From Woeseiaceae bacterium (lineage in GTDB: Bacteria > Pseudomonadota > Gammaproteobacteria > Steroidobacterales > Woeseiaceae), in the NCBI GenBank assembly GCA_051007995.1, contig JBPCYB010000079.1, forward strand, positions 10,622 through 74,621: a stretch of 64,000 nucleotides of DNA, read 5' to 3'. Shown piece after piece: positions 1 through 9,834 of the stretch. The translations under genes and the position numbers were made by a program. The notes under the pieces were generated by a model. That model was given only the letters and a program-made list of their open reading frames with translations, had not been told where the DNA came from and did not search any database. The first letter of the stretch is position 1. Every line of letters starts with the position of its first letter.

Positions 1-366
1 CAGGATGCGTGGCGTGCTCCGCTCGGGCTGCCGGCCATAACTCTCGTGCTGTTCGAGGACAGCTTTAATCTCGGTGTGAAACGCAGCATCGCTCAGGTGA
101 ATGTTGATGAAACCTGGTCCAGCGATTTCAACCTGATCGACATCGTCGCTGGCCGGAAAGGCGGCGACGATACTTGTTGCCAACTCGCGTGGATTCATGC
201 GTGCCGATTTCGCCAGGCGCATGGCAACGTTGGTGGCAAAGTCCCCATGCTTGGGATCACGGGTACGCTCTACCGTCGTCTCCAACGCAAGATCGGCGAC
301 GGCCTCACTCAACTCCGGCAGAGTATTGAGCGCTTCCTGAACAAGTTTTGCGACTATGGTTTTCAT
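1..366 (-). CDS. argS: arginyl-tRNA synthetase, N-terminal 122 codons (gene runs off the window start)
   Basis: The reverse frame is open from position 1 to the ATG at 364-366. The translation MKTIVAKLVQEALNTLPEL...RDPKHGDFATNVAMRLAKSARMNPRELA...GPGFINIHL matches the ArgRS N-terminal domain. It is absent from the ORF track because the window edge truncates it. Confidence 0.85.
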   Translation of the reverse strand, partial: MKTIVAKLVQEALNTLPELSEAVADLALETTVERTRDPKHGDFATNVAMRLAKSARMNPRELATSIVAAFPASDDVDQVEIAGPGFINIHLSDAAFHTEIKAVLEQHESYGRQPERSTPRIL

Positions 367-387
367 CGGCGAGGCGGCGATTCTACA

Positions 388-2595
388 TTAAAACAACTCG
401 ATCGGATCGACGTCGATCGACCACCGAACTTTACGCGCGCTTGGCTCTGCTTCGAGGGCAGGTCGCAGCGACGCCAGAATCTCATGCAGCGTTTTTCGAT
501 CACTACTTTGAATCAGAAGCTGAGCCCGATATCGACCCGCCTTGCGGACCATCGGTGCATTCACCGGGCCCAGCACTCGCATGTATTCGGACTGTTGCGG
601 CGCAATGAGATCGGCAGCGCGTTGCAAGAATGCTTGTGCATCGGCTTGCTGGTGGGCTGCGGAGCGCAACAGCGCAAGCCGTGTAAACGGTGGCCAGCGA
701 GACTCCTCGCGCTCGGCCAATGATTCATTGGCAACCTGTGGATAGCCGCCGTCGATCAATAGCCGCCAAAATGGATGTTCGGGAAAAGCGGTCTGAATCA
801 ACACTTCGCCCTGACGAGACTCGCGGCCTGCGCGACCCGCGACCTGCACGATCGACTGCGCCAGTCGCTCGGCAGAACGGAAGTCGGTGCCGAACAGCCC
901 CTGGTCTGCATTCACAATGCCGACGAGCGTCAGCTTTGGAAAATGATGGCCCTTCGACAGCATTTGCGTGCCGACCAGAATATCGGCATCACCCTGTTCC
1001 GCAGCGGCCAGTGCTTCCTGAATCGCGCCGCGCTGTTGCGTCGTATCGCTGTCAATGCGCCGCACACGGTAACCGGGGAAGCGCTGTAACAAGGCGTCCT
1101 CGAGGCGCTCGGTGCCTTCACCCAGGGGCCGCACCTGCGCACCACATTCGGAGCAGCTGTCCGGTAGCGGCGCGTGCGCGCCACAATGATGACAGCGCAG
1201 TGAGCGATCACTGGCGTGCACGGTCATGCGCGAGTCACAACGATCACATTCGGCCAGGTGGCCGCAATTCGAACAGATGAGTGTTGGTGCAAAGCCACGG
1301 CGATTCAGAAACAACAATACCTGGCCATCTGCGGCAAGTTGTTCTTCGATAGCGTTGCTAAGCGCCGTACTAAGACCGTCGTCGGACTCGCTTCGATTCA
1401 AATCGATGAGTCGGATCGAGGGCGGTTTCGCACCGCCGGCCCGGTTTGGCAATTCGATACGCGTGAAGTTGTCGTTGCGGCAATGCTGCAGTGTCTCCAA
1501 TGTCGGTGTGGCCGAGCCAAGAATGATGCGCACGTCGCGATTGCGTGCTCTGATAATGGCTAGGTCACGTGCTGAGTATCGCAGCCCCTCTTGTTGCTTC
1601 AGCGAATGATCGTGTTCTTCGTCAACCACAATCAGTCCGAGGTTTGGCATCGGTGTAAAAACAGCTGAGCGAGTACCGACGACCAGCTTTGCATGGCCTT
1701 GCTGCGCATTGCGCCACGCCGTTAATCGTTCAAGGTCGGACAGGCCCGAATGCAAAACAGCCGGCTCTACGCCGAGTCGTTTTTGCAGGCGGGTAACCAA
1801 TTGCGGCGTAAGACCGATCTCGGGAACAAGAATCAAAACTTGTTGTGCGACAGCGAGCGTGTCGCGAATAAGCTGTAAATAAACTTCCGTTTTACCGCTG
1901 CCGGTCACACCGTCGAGCAGAAATGCGCCGAAGCCGGTTTGTGCGCGTAACGTCATAAGCGCAGCTTGCTGATCATCATTCAGATGCGGTCCGGGCGTCG
2001 CGATGTTGTCGGACTCGGCCGGGATCGCGGTCGCGCTTGTCTCTATTCGCTCGATCAAACCTTTGCCGAGCAGAGCTTTTGCTGCCCGGCGCCACAAGGG
2101 CAATAGCTCAGTCAGGGAATCAACATCGATCCCATTGCCGCCGGCATCGCGAAGCACTTCAAGAACCTCGGCTTGCCGCGGCGCCCGTTTGGCCATCGAC
2201 TCAATGTCAGCATCCATGCCCGCGTCGGTTACGGAAATGACCTGCAGGGTCGGGAAAAGCGGTTTGCCGGCTCGCAGCATCGCGGGCAACGCGGCCGCAA
2301 CCACTTCACCTATTGGGTGATGATAATAGTCGCTCGTAAACGTTATCAGGCGCAGGTCTTCGGCGCTGAACAGCGGCGTGCTGTCGAGAACGGCATTGCA
2401 GCGGCGCAGCTTGTCGACCGGAATGTCGCTGCTGTCGGCCACTGCAACGACCACACCCGTCTGCCGACGCCGCCCGAACGGTACGACGACCCGCGAGCCT
2501 GGCGCTACGGCTGCCGCGCCCGGTGGCGGCAAATAGTCGAACAGACGCGATAGCGGCACGTTGACGGCGACCTTCAAAATCGTCGATCTATTCAT
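388..2595 (-). CDS. priA: primosomal protein N' (replication restart helicase PriA)
   Basis: 735 aa. Walker A GVTGSGKTEVY, DEEH box VVDEEHD, and a Cys-rich zinc region CSNCGH..CDRCDS..CHHCG..CSECG. Confidence 0.95.
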   Translation of the reverse strand: MNRSTILKVAVNVPLSRLFDYLPPPGAAAVAPGSRVVVPFGRRRQTGVVVAVADSSDIPVDKLRRCNAVLDSTPLFSAEDLRLITFTSDYYHHPIGEVVAAALPAMLRAGKPLFPTLQVISVTDAGMDADIESMAKRAPRQAEVLEVLRDAGGNGIDVDSLTELLPLWRRAAKALLGKGLIERIETSATAIPAESDNIATPGPHLNDDQQAALMTLRAQTGFGAFLLDGVTGSGKTEVYLQLIRDTLAVAQQVLILVPEIGLTPQLVTRLQKRLGVEPAVLHSGLSDLERLTAWRNAQQGHAKLVVGTRSAVFTPMPNLGLIVVDEEHDHSLKQQEGLRYSARDLAIIRARNRDVRIILGSATPTLETLQHCRNDNFTRIELPNRAGGAKPPSIRLIDLNRSESDDGLSTALSNAIEEQLAADGQVLLFLNRRGFAPTLICSNCGHLAECDRCDSRMTVHASDRSLRCHHCGAHAPLPDSCSECGAQVRPLGEGTERLEDALLQRFPGYRVRRIDSDTTQQRGAIQEALAAAEQGDADILVGTQMLSKGHHFPKLTLVGIVNADQGLFGTDFRSAERLAQSIVQVAGRAGRESRQGEVLIQTAFPEHPFWRLLIDGGYPQVANESLAEREESRWPPFTRLALLRSAAHQQADAQAFLQRAADLIAPQQSEYMRVLGPVNAPMVRKAGRYRAQLLIQSSDRKTLHEILASLRPALEAEPSARKVRWSIDVDPIELF

Positions 2596-2717
2596 TATTC
2601 GGCAATAAAATCAGCAAGTTACGTAGGGGATAAATACTGTCAACCGGGGCTCAAGCCCTGCGTTATATAAGAGTGACACAGTTTTGACCACGTGGTGGAG
2701 TCGAGAGGACTGCAGAG

Positions 2718-3359
2718 ATGGATCTAGCCGTCAAATGGACAGGAAGTCTGACGAGCGCCGGTAGCGGCGTTTTTGCGGTATCGTGCTCCCGCGAGCAAAA
2801 AACGGGGGCAGGTACGCTGCAGCGCGAAAGCCAACTCAATCAGTTCCTTGCCGGCGTTGAGCGACGGGCGTTACGTATTGCCGAAATTGCAATTCGTGAT
2901 CGCGACGAGGCGCTTGATCTAGTTCAGGATGCAATGATCAAGTTAGTGAATAATTATGCCAGCCGGCCGGACGCTGAATGGACGCCGCTGTTCTACAGAA
3001 TTCTGCAAAATGGAATTCGCGACTGGCACCGGCGTCAAAAGGTACGTAATCGCGTCATGGTCTGGTTCGGGCGCGGCAAGTCGGGTGAGGATGACTATGA
3101 TCCGGTAGCGCATGCGCCAGATCCAGCCGGCAGAACGCCCGACGAGCATTTACAGACGGGTGAGGCGATGCAGCGACTTGAGGGCGCGGTACACGACCTG
3201 CCAACACGACAGCGTGAAGCATTCATGCTGCGCACTTTTGAAGGGCTTGATGTTAAGGAAACAGCAGTAGCAATGGGGTGTTCTGACGGTAGCGTCAAGA
3301 CACATTATTCCCGGGCAGTACATACGCTGCGGGACAAGTTGGGAGAACACTGGCAATGA
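2718..3359 (+). CDS. ECF-type RNA polymerase sigma-70 family factor
   Basis: Region 2 (LDLVQDAMIKLVNNY...FYRILQNGIRDWHRRQ) and region 4 (LPTRQREAFMLRTFEGLDVKETAVAMGCSDGSVKTHYSRAVHTLR). The exact start is uncertain because the N-terminal extension is unusually long. Confidence 0.85.
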   Translation: MDLAVKWTGSLTSAGSGVFAVSCSREQKTGAGTLQRESQLNQFLAGVERRALRIAEIAIRDRDEALDLVQDAMIKLVNNYASRPDAEWTPLFYRILQNGIRDWHRRQKVRNRVMVWFGRGKSGEDDYDPVAHAPDPAGRTPDEHLQTGEAMQRLEGAVHDLPTRQREAFMLRTFEGLDVKETAVAMGCSDGSVKTHYSRAVHTLRDKLGEHWQ

Positions 3360-3748
3360 ATAGGCCAATAGATGATCAGCCAAACGACGACGCGAACGAT
3401 GAAAAGCTCGCGACGCAAGCGAAGGACCTGTTTGATGACAGCGTCGAACGCCTGGATGCGGCAACACTATCGCGACTGAATCAGGGTCGTCATGCCGCGC
3501 TTGAGCAATTGCATCGCGGATCCGCGGCAGGCGCATGGGGTCGGTGGGTGCCACTGACCGGAGTAGCAGCGGCTGCGCTCATCACCGTAATGTTGGTGCG
3601 CGGGCCCGAATCGGTCGACCTGCCGTCTGCATCAGTTACTGATTTTGAGATTTTGCTGGAAGGCGAGAGCCTCGAGATGCTCGAGGACCTGGAGTTTTAC
3701 AGCTGGCTCGAGACTACCGACCTGAGTGCGAATGACAATGTCGGTTAG
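3356..3748 (+). CDS. single-pass membrane protein in the anti-sigma position (DUF3619-like)
   Basis: ATGA overlap with the sigma gene stop (3356-3359). One TM segment (WVPLTGVAAAALITVMLV). The DUF3619 assignment is from memory of the sigma-DUF3619-DUF3106 gene order. Confidence 0.6.
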   Translation: MNRPIDDQPNDDANDEKLATQAKDLFDDSVERLDAATLSRLNQGRHAALEQLHRGSAAGAWGRWVPLTGVAAAALITVMLVRGPESVDLPSASVTDFEILLEGESLEMLEDLEFYSWLETTDLSANDNVG

Positions 3749-3971
3749 GCAGCTCGTAATTGGCTCGCTATTGGCTACGTTTAGCCTGATGGTTGCTGCC
3801 GATGAGGAATTGCCGGAAATAGAGTTTATTGAGTATCTGGGACTCTGGGAGGAATCGGACGAAGACTGGACAATGTTCAGCGATCCGATAGAGGCCAGGA
3901 ACAAGGAAGACGAGCGGAGCGATCCTGCGCCGGAAGGCAAAGAATCGACGGAGACGAATGATGAAAGTTAA
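3726..3971 (+). CDS. small secreted, highly acidic protein (hypothetical)
   Basis: 81 aa with a signal-peptide-like N-terminus (LVIGSLLATFSLMVAADE) and a Glu/Asp-rich tail. It overlaps both neighbouring genes, as in a coupled operon. Confidence 0.45.
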   Translation: MRMTMSVRQLVIGSLLATFSLMVAADEELPEIEFIEYLGLWEESDEDWTMFSDPIEARNKEDERSDPAPEGKESTETNDES

Positions 3972-4437
3972 ACACATGATAGCCGTTGCGGTTTTACTGA
4001 CCTGGGGAGCAGCATACGGCGATGACGGCGTTAAGTGGGACAGCCTCAACAAGGATCAGAAGCAAGTACTGAATCTTTATGCGGACGGCTGGGATCAGCT
4101 TGAGCCCAAACAGCAACTGCAGCTGTCGCGCGGTGCCGAGCGCTGGTCAGGAATGACAGCAGCGCAACGCGAGGACGCCAAGCGACGCTTTGGTCAGTGG
4201 CGGAATCTGACCGATGCGCAGCGCGACATGATTCGTACTCGTTATGCGGATTTTCGCCGCATGCCGTTGGAAGATCAGCGTCGCATCCGCGAGACACATG
4301 TCCGCTTCAAGAAATTGCCGGCGGAGCGGCGCCAGCAACTGCGCGACCGCTATCGTGACTTGTCGCCCGAGCAGCGCAAGCGACTGAAGGACCGCATAAC
4401 GGATCGCCGACCTAAGCCGACCAGCGCACGCGACTAA
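3958..4437 (+). CDS. secreted Arg/Gln-rich helical repeat protein (DUF3106-like)
   Basis: Signal peptide MIAVAVLLTWGAAYG. Repeated Q.....R..F..W/R motifs (EPKQQLQLSRGAERW, AAQREDAKRRFGQWR, DAQRDMIRTRYADFRR, EDQRRIRETHVRFKK, ERRQQLRDRYRDL). Confidence 0.7.
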   Translation: MMKVKHMIAVAVLLTWGAAYGDDGVKWDSLNKDQKQVLNLYADGWDQLEPKQQLQLSRGAERWSGMTAAQREDAKRRFGQWRNLTDAQRDMIRTRYADFRRMPLEDQRRIRETHVRFKKLPAERRQQLRDRYRDLSPEQRKRLKDRITDRRPKPTSARD

Positions 4438-4521
4438 AAATACCGTTTAGAACGCTTCAACAACATGGGCACTTGCAGGTGCTTTTGATAGAGTACGCCG
4501 ATTCCAATCGGAGGTACCTTC

Positions 4522-6060
4522 ATGAGAATCGGTGTACCGAGAGAGATTCACGCCGGCGAGCGTCGCATCGCGACGACCCCGGATGTTGCTTCTCAACTCA
4601 TAAAAATGGGTTTCAGCGTAGCGATCGAGAAAGATGCCGGACTTGCTGCCAGCTATTCAGACGATGCATTCGAAGCAGCGGGCTGCGAGGTCGTCGCCAG
4701 CAGTGAGGCGCTTTGGGCGCAGTCAGACATCATTTTCAAAGTGCGGGCGCCGGAAACGGTCGAAGCCGTTTTGCTCGATGAGAACAAGACGCTGATCAGT
4801 TTTCTCTGGCCCGCACAGAATCCGGAATTGCTTAAGCAGCTCACCGAAAGTGGCGCGACCGTGATGGCGATGGACAGTGTGCCGCGCATATCCAGAGCGC
4901 AGAAGATGGATGCGTTGAGTTCGATGGCCAATATCGGCGGCTATCGTGCCGTGGTCGAGGCCGCGCAGCATTTCGGACGATTTTTTACAGGCCAGATCAC
5001 TGCGGCCGGTAAAGTGCCGCCAGCGAAAGTCTTGGTTATTGGTGCTGGTGTTGCTGGTCTGGCTGCCATTGGGGCAGCGAAGAGCATGGGTGCCATTGTG
5101 CGTTCCTTCGACACGCGGCCTGAAGTTAAAGAGCAGGTCGAAAGTATGAATGCCGACTTCCTCATGCTTGAGTTTGAAGACGATGAGGACGGTTCCGGCG
5201 AAGGCGGTTACGCCAAAACGATGAGCCCTGAATTTATCGAGGCTGAAATGGCACTATTCGCTGAGCAGGCGAAAGATGTCGACATCATCATCACGACGGC
5301 ACTAATTCCGGGCAAGCCTGCGCCGCGTTTGATCACTGCGGACATGGTTGCGTCGATGCGCGACGGCGGTGTCGTCGTTGATCTTGCCGCTGAACAGGGC
5401 GGCAACTGCGAACTGACGGAAAAAGACCAGGTTGTTGTTCGCGACGGCGTCACAATTATCGGTTACACGGATTTGCCAAGCCGCCTCGCGGCACAGGCGA
5501 GTCAGTTGTACGGGACCAACTTGCGCCACTTGCTGACCGAGCTCAGCCCGGAAAAGAATGGCGAGATTGACGTAAATTTTGACGATGAAGTCATTCGCGG
5601 CGTAACCGTTTGTAAGGGCGGCGAAACAACCTGGCCACCGCCAGCGCCGAAGTTGTCGGCGGCACCGGCCAAAGCGGCCGAGCCCGCGCCGATGCCGGCA
5701 CAGGAAGAACAAAAGCCGTCGATTCTCGGGCCCATCATCGCGACGGTTGTGGCCGGTCTGGCTTTGTTCGGTCTGGGTGCTGTCGCGCCAGAATCCTTCA
5801 TGGCGCATTTCACAGTATTCGTGCTCGCCTGTTTTGTTGGCTACATGGTGATCTGGAATGTCTCGCCGGCTTTGCACACCCCATTAATGAGTGTGACCAA
5901 TGCGATTTCGAGCATCATCATCATTGGTGCGCTGCTGCAAATCAGCTCGGCGAATGAGGTGATCATGTGGATCGCTGCATTCACCGTCCTTTTAACGAGC
6001 GTAAATATTGCGGGCGGCTTTGCCGTTACGCGACGCATGCTCGAAATGTTCCGCAAGTGA
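4522..6060 (+). CDS. pntA: NAD(P) transhydrogenase subunit alpha
   Basis: 512 aa. Alanine-dehydrogenase-like dI domain with the Rossmann motif [16 protein letters not shown], plus C-terminal TM helices. Confidence 0.95.
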   Translation: MRIGVPREIHAGERRIATTPDVASQLIKMGFSVAIEKDAGLAASYSDDAFEAAGCEVVASSEALWAQSDIIFKVRAPETVEAVLLDENKTLISFLWPAQNPELLKQLTESGATVMAMDSVPRISRAQKMDALSSMANIGGYRAVVEAAQHFGRFFTGQITAAGKVPPAKVLVIGAGVAGLAAIGAAKSMGAIVRSFDTRPEVKEQVESMNADFLMLEFEDDEDGSGEGGYAKTMSPEFIEAEMALFAEQAKDVDIIITTALIPGKPAPRLITADMVASMRDGGVVVDLAAEQGGNCELTEKDQVVVRDGVTIIGYTDLPSRLAAQASQLYGTNLRHLLTELSPEKNGEIDVNFDDEVIRGVTVCKGGETTWPPPAPKLSAAPAKAAEPAPMPAQEEQKPSILGPIIATVVAGLALFGLGAVAPESFMAHFTVFVLACFVGYMVIWNVSPALHTPLMSVTNAISSIIIIGALLQISSANEVIMWIAAFTVLLTSVNIAGGFAVTRRMLEMFRK

Positions 6061-6067
6061 GGTCGGC

Positions 6068-7468
6068 ATGATTAGCGCAGGCATCGTAACCGTCTCGTAC
6101 ATCGCTGCGACGGTACTCTTCATTCTCGCCCTGGGGGGGCTTTCAAATCAGGAAACTGCACGACGCGGCAACTGGTACGGTATCGTCGGCATGGTCATCG
6201 CGTTACTCGCGACGATTTTCGGTGTCGTCACACAACATTACGAATTGTTGCTCGGTGCGTTGCTGATCGGCGGCAGCATCGGCATCTTTCTAGCGCGACG
6301 CGTGCAGATGACGCAAATGCCGGAGCTCGTCGCCAGCTTGCACAGCCTTGTTGGTCTCGCTGCCGTTACCGTTGGTTTCGCGAACTTCATGGACCCGACC
6401 GTGCACCATACGGGTGTCGAGTTGACAATCCACGATATCGAAACCTATCTCGGTATTCTGATCGGTGCAGTGACGTTTTCTGGTTCGATCATTGCGTTTG
6501 GCAAGCTGAGTGGCCGCATCGGCGGCAAGCCGCTGACATTGCCAGGTCGACACCTGTTCAACCTCGGTCTGTTGATCGCCTCAATCTGGTTTGGCTATCA
6601 GTTTGTCATTCAATCTGCTGCCGGTGGTGGCCTTGAGCCATTGATCATCATGACGGTGATTGCATTGGTTTTCGGCATTCATATGGTTATGGCGATCGGT
6701 GGTGCGGATATGCCAGTTGTTGTATCGATGTTGAACAGTTATTCGGGCTGGGCTGCATCGGCGACCGGGTTCATGCTCGAAAACGATTTGCTTATAGTGA
6801 CCGGAGCGTTGGTCGGTTCGAGTGGCGCCATCCTGAGCTACATCATGTGCCGTGCGATGAACAGAAAATTCCTCGCAGTTATCGCGGGCGGTTTTGGCAC
6901 GGGCGGTGGTTCGTCGTCAGCGTCGGGTGAAAGTGTCGATCAAGGCGAAGTGGTGCCGATCGAGTCCGAGGAAACGGCGGCGTTGTTGGCCGGCGCTAAG
7001 GAAGTGATGATTATTCCTGGCTACGGCATGGCTGTGGCACAAGCCCAGCACACGGTGTTTGAGATCACCAAAGCACTTCGTGCCAAAAAGGTTAATGTTC
7101 GTTTTGGTATCCACCCGGTTGCGGGTCGCATGCCGGGCCACATGAATGTGTTGCTTGCCGAAGCGAAGGTGCCGTACGACATCGTGTTTGAGATGGACGA
7201 AATCAACGATGACTTTCCCGATGTTGATGTGTCGGTAGTCATCGGTGCCAATGACATCGTCAATCCGTCGGCGCTCGACGAGCCGGATAGTCCGATAGCA
7301 GGCATGCCGGTGCTCGAGTGTTGGAAAGGCGACACGACAATAGTCCTGAAGCGCAGTATGGCGACCGGTTATGCTGGCGTGCAGAACCCGTTGTTCTTCA
7401 AAGACAATACGCGCATGTTGTTCGGAGATGCGAAAGACACACTCGACGCGGTACTGAAAGCACTTTAA
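6068..7468 (+). CDS. pntB: NAD(P) transhydrogenase subunit beta
   Basis: Start taken at ATG 6068 ([15 protein letters not shown]...), just after the pntA stop. Polytopic membrane N-terminus and a dIII NADP(H) domain ([14 protein letters not shown]...GANDIVNP). Confidence 0.95.
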   Translation: MISAGIVTVSYIAATVLFILALGGLSNQETARRGNWYGIVGMVIALLATIFGVVTQHYELLLGALLIGGSIGIFLARRVQMTQMPELVASLHSLVGLAAVTVGFANFMDPTVHHTGVELTIHDIETYLGILIGAVTFSGSIIAFGKLSGRIGGKPLTLPGRHLFNLGLLIASIWFGYQFVIQSAAGGGLEPLIIMTVIALVFGIHMVMAIGGADMPVVVSMLNSYSGWAASATGFMLENDLLIVTGALVGSSGAILSYIMCRAMNRKFLAVIAGGFGTGGGSSSASGESVDQGEVVPIESEETAALLAGAKEVMIIPGYGMAVAQAQHTVFEITKALRAKKVNVRFGIHPVAGRMPGHMNVLLAEAKVPYDIVFEMDEINDDFPDVDVSVVIGANDIVNPSALDEPDSPIAGMPVLECWKGDTTIVLKRSMATGYAGVQNPLFFKDNTRMLFGDAKDTLDAVLKAL

Positions 7469-7512
7469 ACTCAAAAGCCTGAGATCGCGCAATGCGCGAT
7501 GGGGTTTGCTAA

Positions 7513-8166
7513 ATGCTTGCAGGAATCGCTTCTGATATCTCGCAGCAAGTGCTGCGAACAGATGTCGCTGGAATGCCGCTCGAGTGGATCGATTATCGAG
7601 AGGCTGTCCGGCTATACCACGCCGATCAGGTGGCGTACGACTGCGGCACACTTTTGTACACCGTTTTCGGTGGCTACAGTAGTTTCGACGGCGAACGCAG
7701 CAAAGTTGACGTTAATTCGATTATCGCGACTCACGGCACGCGTCGCAGCATGGTGCGCAATCGTGATCGATACGTTCCGCCGTTGAACAACCGCACGCTC
7801 TTCAAGCGCGACGCGAACCTGTGTCTGTATTGCGCAATGCGCTATCCGACGCGTGATTTGACGCGCGATCACATTACGCCAATTTCACACGGCGGCGGTG
7901 ACACCTGGACGAATGTCGCGACGGCTTGTCGTCGCTGCAATAACTACAAGGGCGGTCGCACACCGGAGCAGGCTGCGATGCAACTGATCGCGGTACCGTT
8001 CACGCCCACGTACGCCGAGTACATTTATCTCAAGGGGCGGCGTGTTCTCGCCGACCAGATGCAGTACCTGCTGGCGCATATTCCGCGCTCCAGCCCGCTG
8101 CATGCTCGATTGACGGATCACCTCGCCGACGGCGAAGAGATCATCGACGTCCACTTTCACGAGTAA
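7513..8166 (+). CDS. HNH endonuclease family protein with an uncharacterised N-terminal domain
   Basis: CLYC...DHITPISHGGGDTWTNVATACRRCNNYKG gives the HNH motif flanked by CxxC pairs. Confidence 0.8.
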   Translation: MLAGIASDISQQVLRTDVAGMPLEWIDYREAVRLYHADQVAYDCGTLLYTVFGGYSSFDGERSKVDVNSIIATHGTRRSMVRNRDRYVPPLNNRTLFKRDANLCLYCAMRYPTRDLTRDHITPISHGGGDTWTNVATACRRCNNYKGGRTPEQAAMQLIAVPFTPTYAEYIYLKGRRVLADQMQYLLAHIPRSSPLHARLTDHLADGEEIIDVHFHE

Positions 8167-8194
8167 GACGCTGCAATACTTAATAGACGCGAGC

Positions 8195-9061
8195 GTGTAC
8201 GTATTTCGGGCCTACTATTCGATGCCCGACGACATGGTTGATAAAGAAGGTCGTCCAGTAAACGCTCTGTACGGTTTTGCCCGGTTCCTTGGCGATTTCA
8301 TGGAGCAGGTTAACCCTGAACACGTAGCCGTATGTTTTGACGAGAGTTTGTCAAAGTCATTTCGTACCGAAATCTATCCCGCATACAAAGCCAACCGTGA
8401 CCCTGCGCCCGAGGAGCTCAAACGACAATTCGGCCAATGCCGTCGCTTTACGCGCGCGCTTGGTGTCTTCGAGCTCGGAAGTCCGCGTTACGAGGCGGAT
8501 GATCTGATCGGTACGCTGGTCGAGCACGGTCGCAGCGTGAATCGCCCGTCGACAATCGTCACGCGCGACAAGGATCTTGCTCAGCTGGTTTCAGAAGAAG
8601 ACATTTTCTGGGACTTTGCCGGTAAAGGAAAAATTCACTACGGCGATGTGCGTGACGTGTTTGGCGTACATCCCGAGCAAATCGCAGATTTCCTTGCCCT
8701 GGCAGGCGATGCAGTGGACAACATCAAGGGCGTCCCGGGAGTGGGTAAGAAGACGGCGACGGTGCTGCTCGAGCAGTTCGGCAGCCTCGACGGAATTTAC
8801 GACAATCTCGATAGGGTGCACGAAGTTAACGTCCGTGGTTCAAAAACACTGGGCGAAAAACTCGCGACGCACAAAGATGATGCTGTCCTGTCACGCAAAT
8901 TGACCGGCATTGCCTGCGATGCACCGATAGATGATGCGGAAAATGCGATCCGACGCTCACGCCCAAAGTTAGGCGATATCAACGCACTTTATGACGAAGC
9001 TGATATTGGTACCGCTTTGCGTCGACAAGCCGAACGGATTTCGGACCTCGCCCGCGACTAG
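8195..9061 (+). CDS. 5'-3' exonuclease / flap endonuclease (Pol I N-terminal domain family, Xni/ExoIX-like)
   Basis: YRAYYSMP...NALYGFARFL, EADDLIGTL, and H3TH region LAGDAVDNIKGVPGVGKKTA. GTG 8195 is the annotated start. The frame stays open upstream (LIDAS precedes it), so a CTG start at 8171 is possible. Confidence 0.85.
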   Translation: MYVFRAYYSMPDDMVDKEGRPVNALYGFARFLGDFMEQVNPEHVAVCFDESLSKSFRTEIYPAYKANRDPAPEELKRQFGQCRRFTRALGVFELGSPRYEADDLIGTLVEHGRSVNRPSTIVTRDKDLAQLVSEEDIFWDFAGKGKIHYGDVRDVFGVHPEQIADFLALAGDAVDNIKGVPGVGKKTATVLLEQFGSLDGIYDNLDRVHEVNVRGSKTLGEKLATHKDDAVLSRKLTGIACDAPIDDAENAIRRSRPKLGDINALYDEADIGTALRRQAERISDLARD

Positions 9062-9078
9062 CAAGACTGGTTGCGATC

Positions 9079-9834
9079 ATGGTTGAGGAATTTGTAAAGA
9101 CAGGGCCGGAATCGGCCATAGCGATGTTCGAGGCCGAAGCCGAAGGTCTGGCAGAAATTCGCAAGACCAACGCCATTCGTGTTCCGGAAGTCATTGATGT
9201 CGGCGTGGTCGACGGCAAGAGTTTTATCCGCCTGGAACAGCTCAGGTTTTCCCGAACTACCGATGCTGTCGAGTCGGCGCTTGGTGAGCAGCTCGCCCGT
9301 CTGCATCGCACCACATCGGATCGTTTTGGCTGGCATCGCGACAACACGATCGGCGCCACGCCGCAGCATAACGACCAGACATCGGATTGGATCGATTTCT
9401 ACCGCGAAAAGCGATTGCGTTTTCAACTCGACCTTGCAGCGCGCAACGGTTACAACGTGGAACTGCAAGAGCTGGGGACAGAGCTGTGCGACCGACTGGC
9501 TGCGTTGTTCGACGGCTATCAGCCGGTGGCGTCGCTGTTACATGGCGATCTTTGGGGCGGCAACTGGGGCAATGTTGGTGGGGAGCCGGTGCTGTTTGAT
9601 CCTGCTGTTTACTACGGTGACCGCGAATCAGATATTGCGATGACCACGTTATTTGGTGGTTTCGGGCCAAGCTTCTATGCAGCGTACAAGGCTGCTTGGC
9701 CACTGCAGGAAGGTTTTGAACAAAGACAGAAGCTGTACACGCTATATCACGTTCTAAACCACCTGAATCTGTTCGGTCGTGGTTACGAGGATCAATCAAT
9801 TCGTCAGTTGCTGGAACTCACTCGTATCGTCTGA
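9079..9834 (+). CDS. fructosamine/ketosamine-3-kinase family protein (N-terminally short)
   Basis: LLHGDLWGGNWG and DPAVYYGDRESDIAMT catalytic and Mg-binding motifs. An in-frame TGA at 9001-9003 prevents any longer N-terminus. Confidence 0.8.
   Translation: MVEEFVKTGPESAIAMFEAEAEGLAEIRKTNAIRVPEVIDVGVVDGKSFIRLEQLRFSRTTDAVESALGEQLARLHRTTSDRFGWHRDNTIGATPQHNDQTSDWIDFYREKRLRFQLDLAARNGYNVELQELGTELCDRLAALFDGYQPVASLLHGDLWGGNWGNVGGEPVLFDPAVYYGDRESDIAMTTLFGGFGPSFYAAYKAAWPLQEGFEQRQKLYTLYHVLNHLNLFGRGYEDQSIRQLLELTRIV

Noticed and set aside
46-723. 225-aa plus-strand ORF spanning the argS/priA junction
   Set aside because: It is antisense to two strongly conserved genes (ArgRS N-terminus, PriA C-terminus). 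Its composition is Arg/Cys-rich with no motif. This is a typical shadow ORF in GC-rich DNA.
5302-5877. 191-aa minus-strand ORF inside pntA
   Set aside because: It is antisense to the conserved transhydrogenase alpha subunit. The translation is Arg-rich and low-complexity.
6917-7651. 244-aa minus-strand ORF across the pntB 3' end
   Set aside because: It is antisense to the conserved PntB dIII domain, has an Arg/His-rich composition, and has no homology signal I can recognise.
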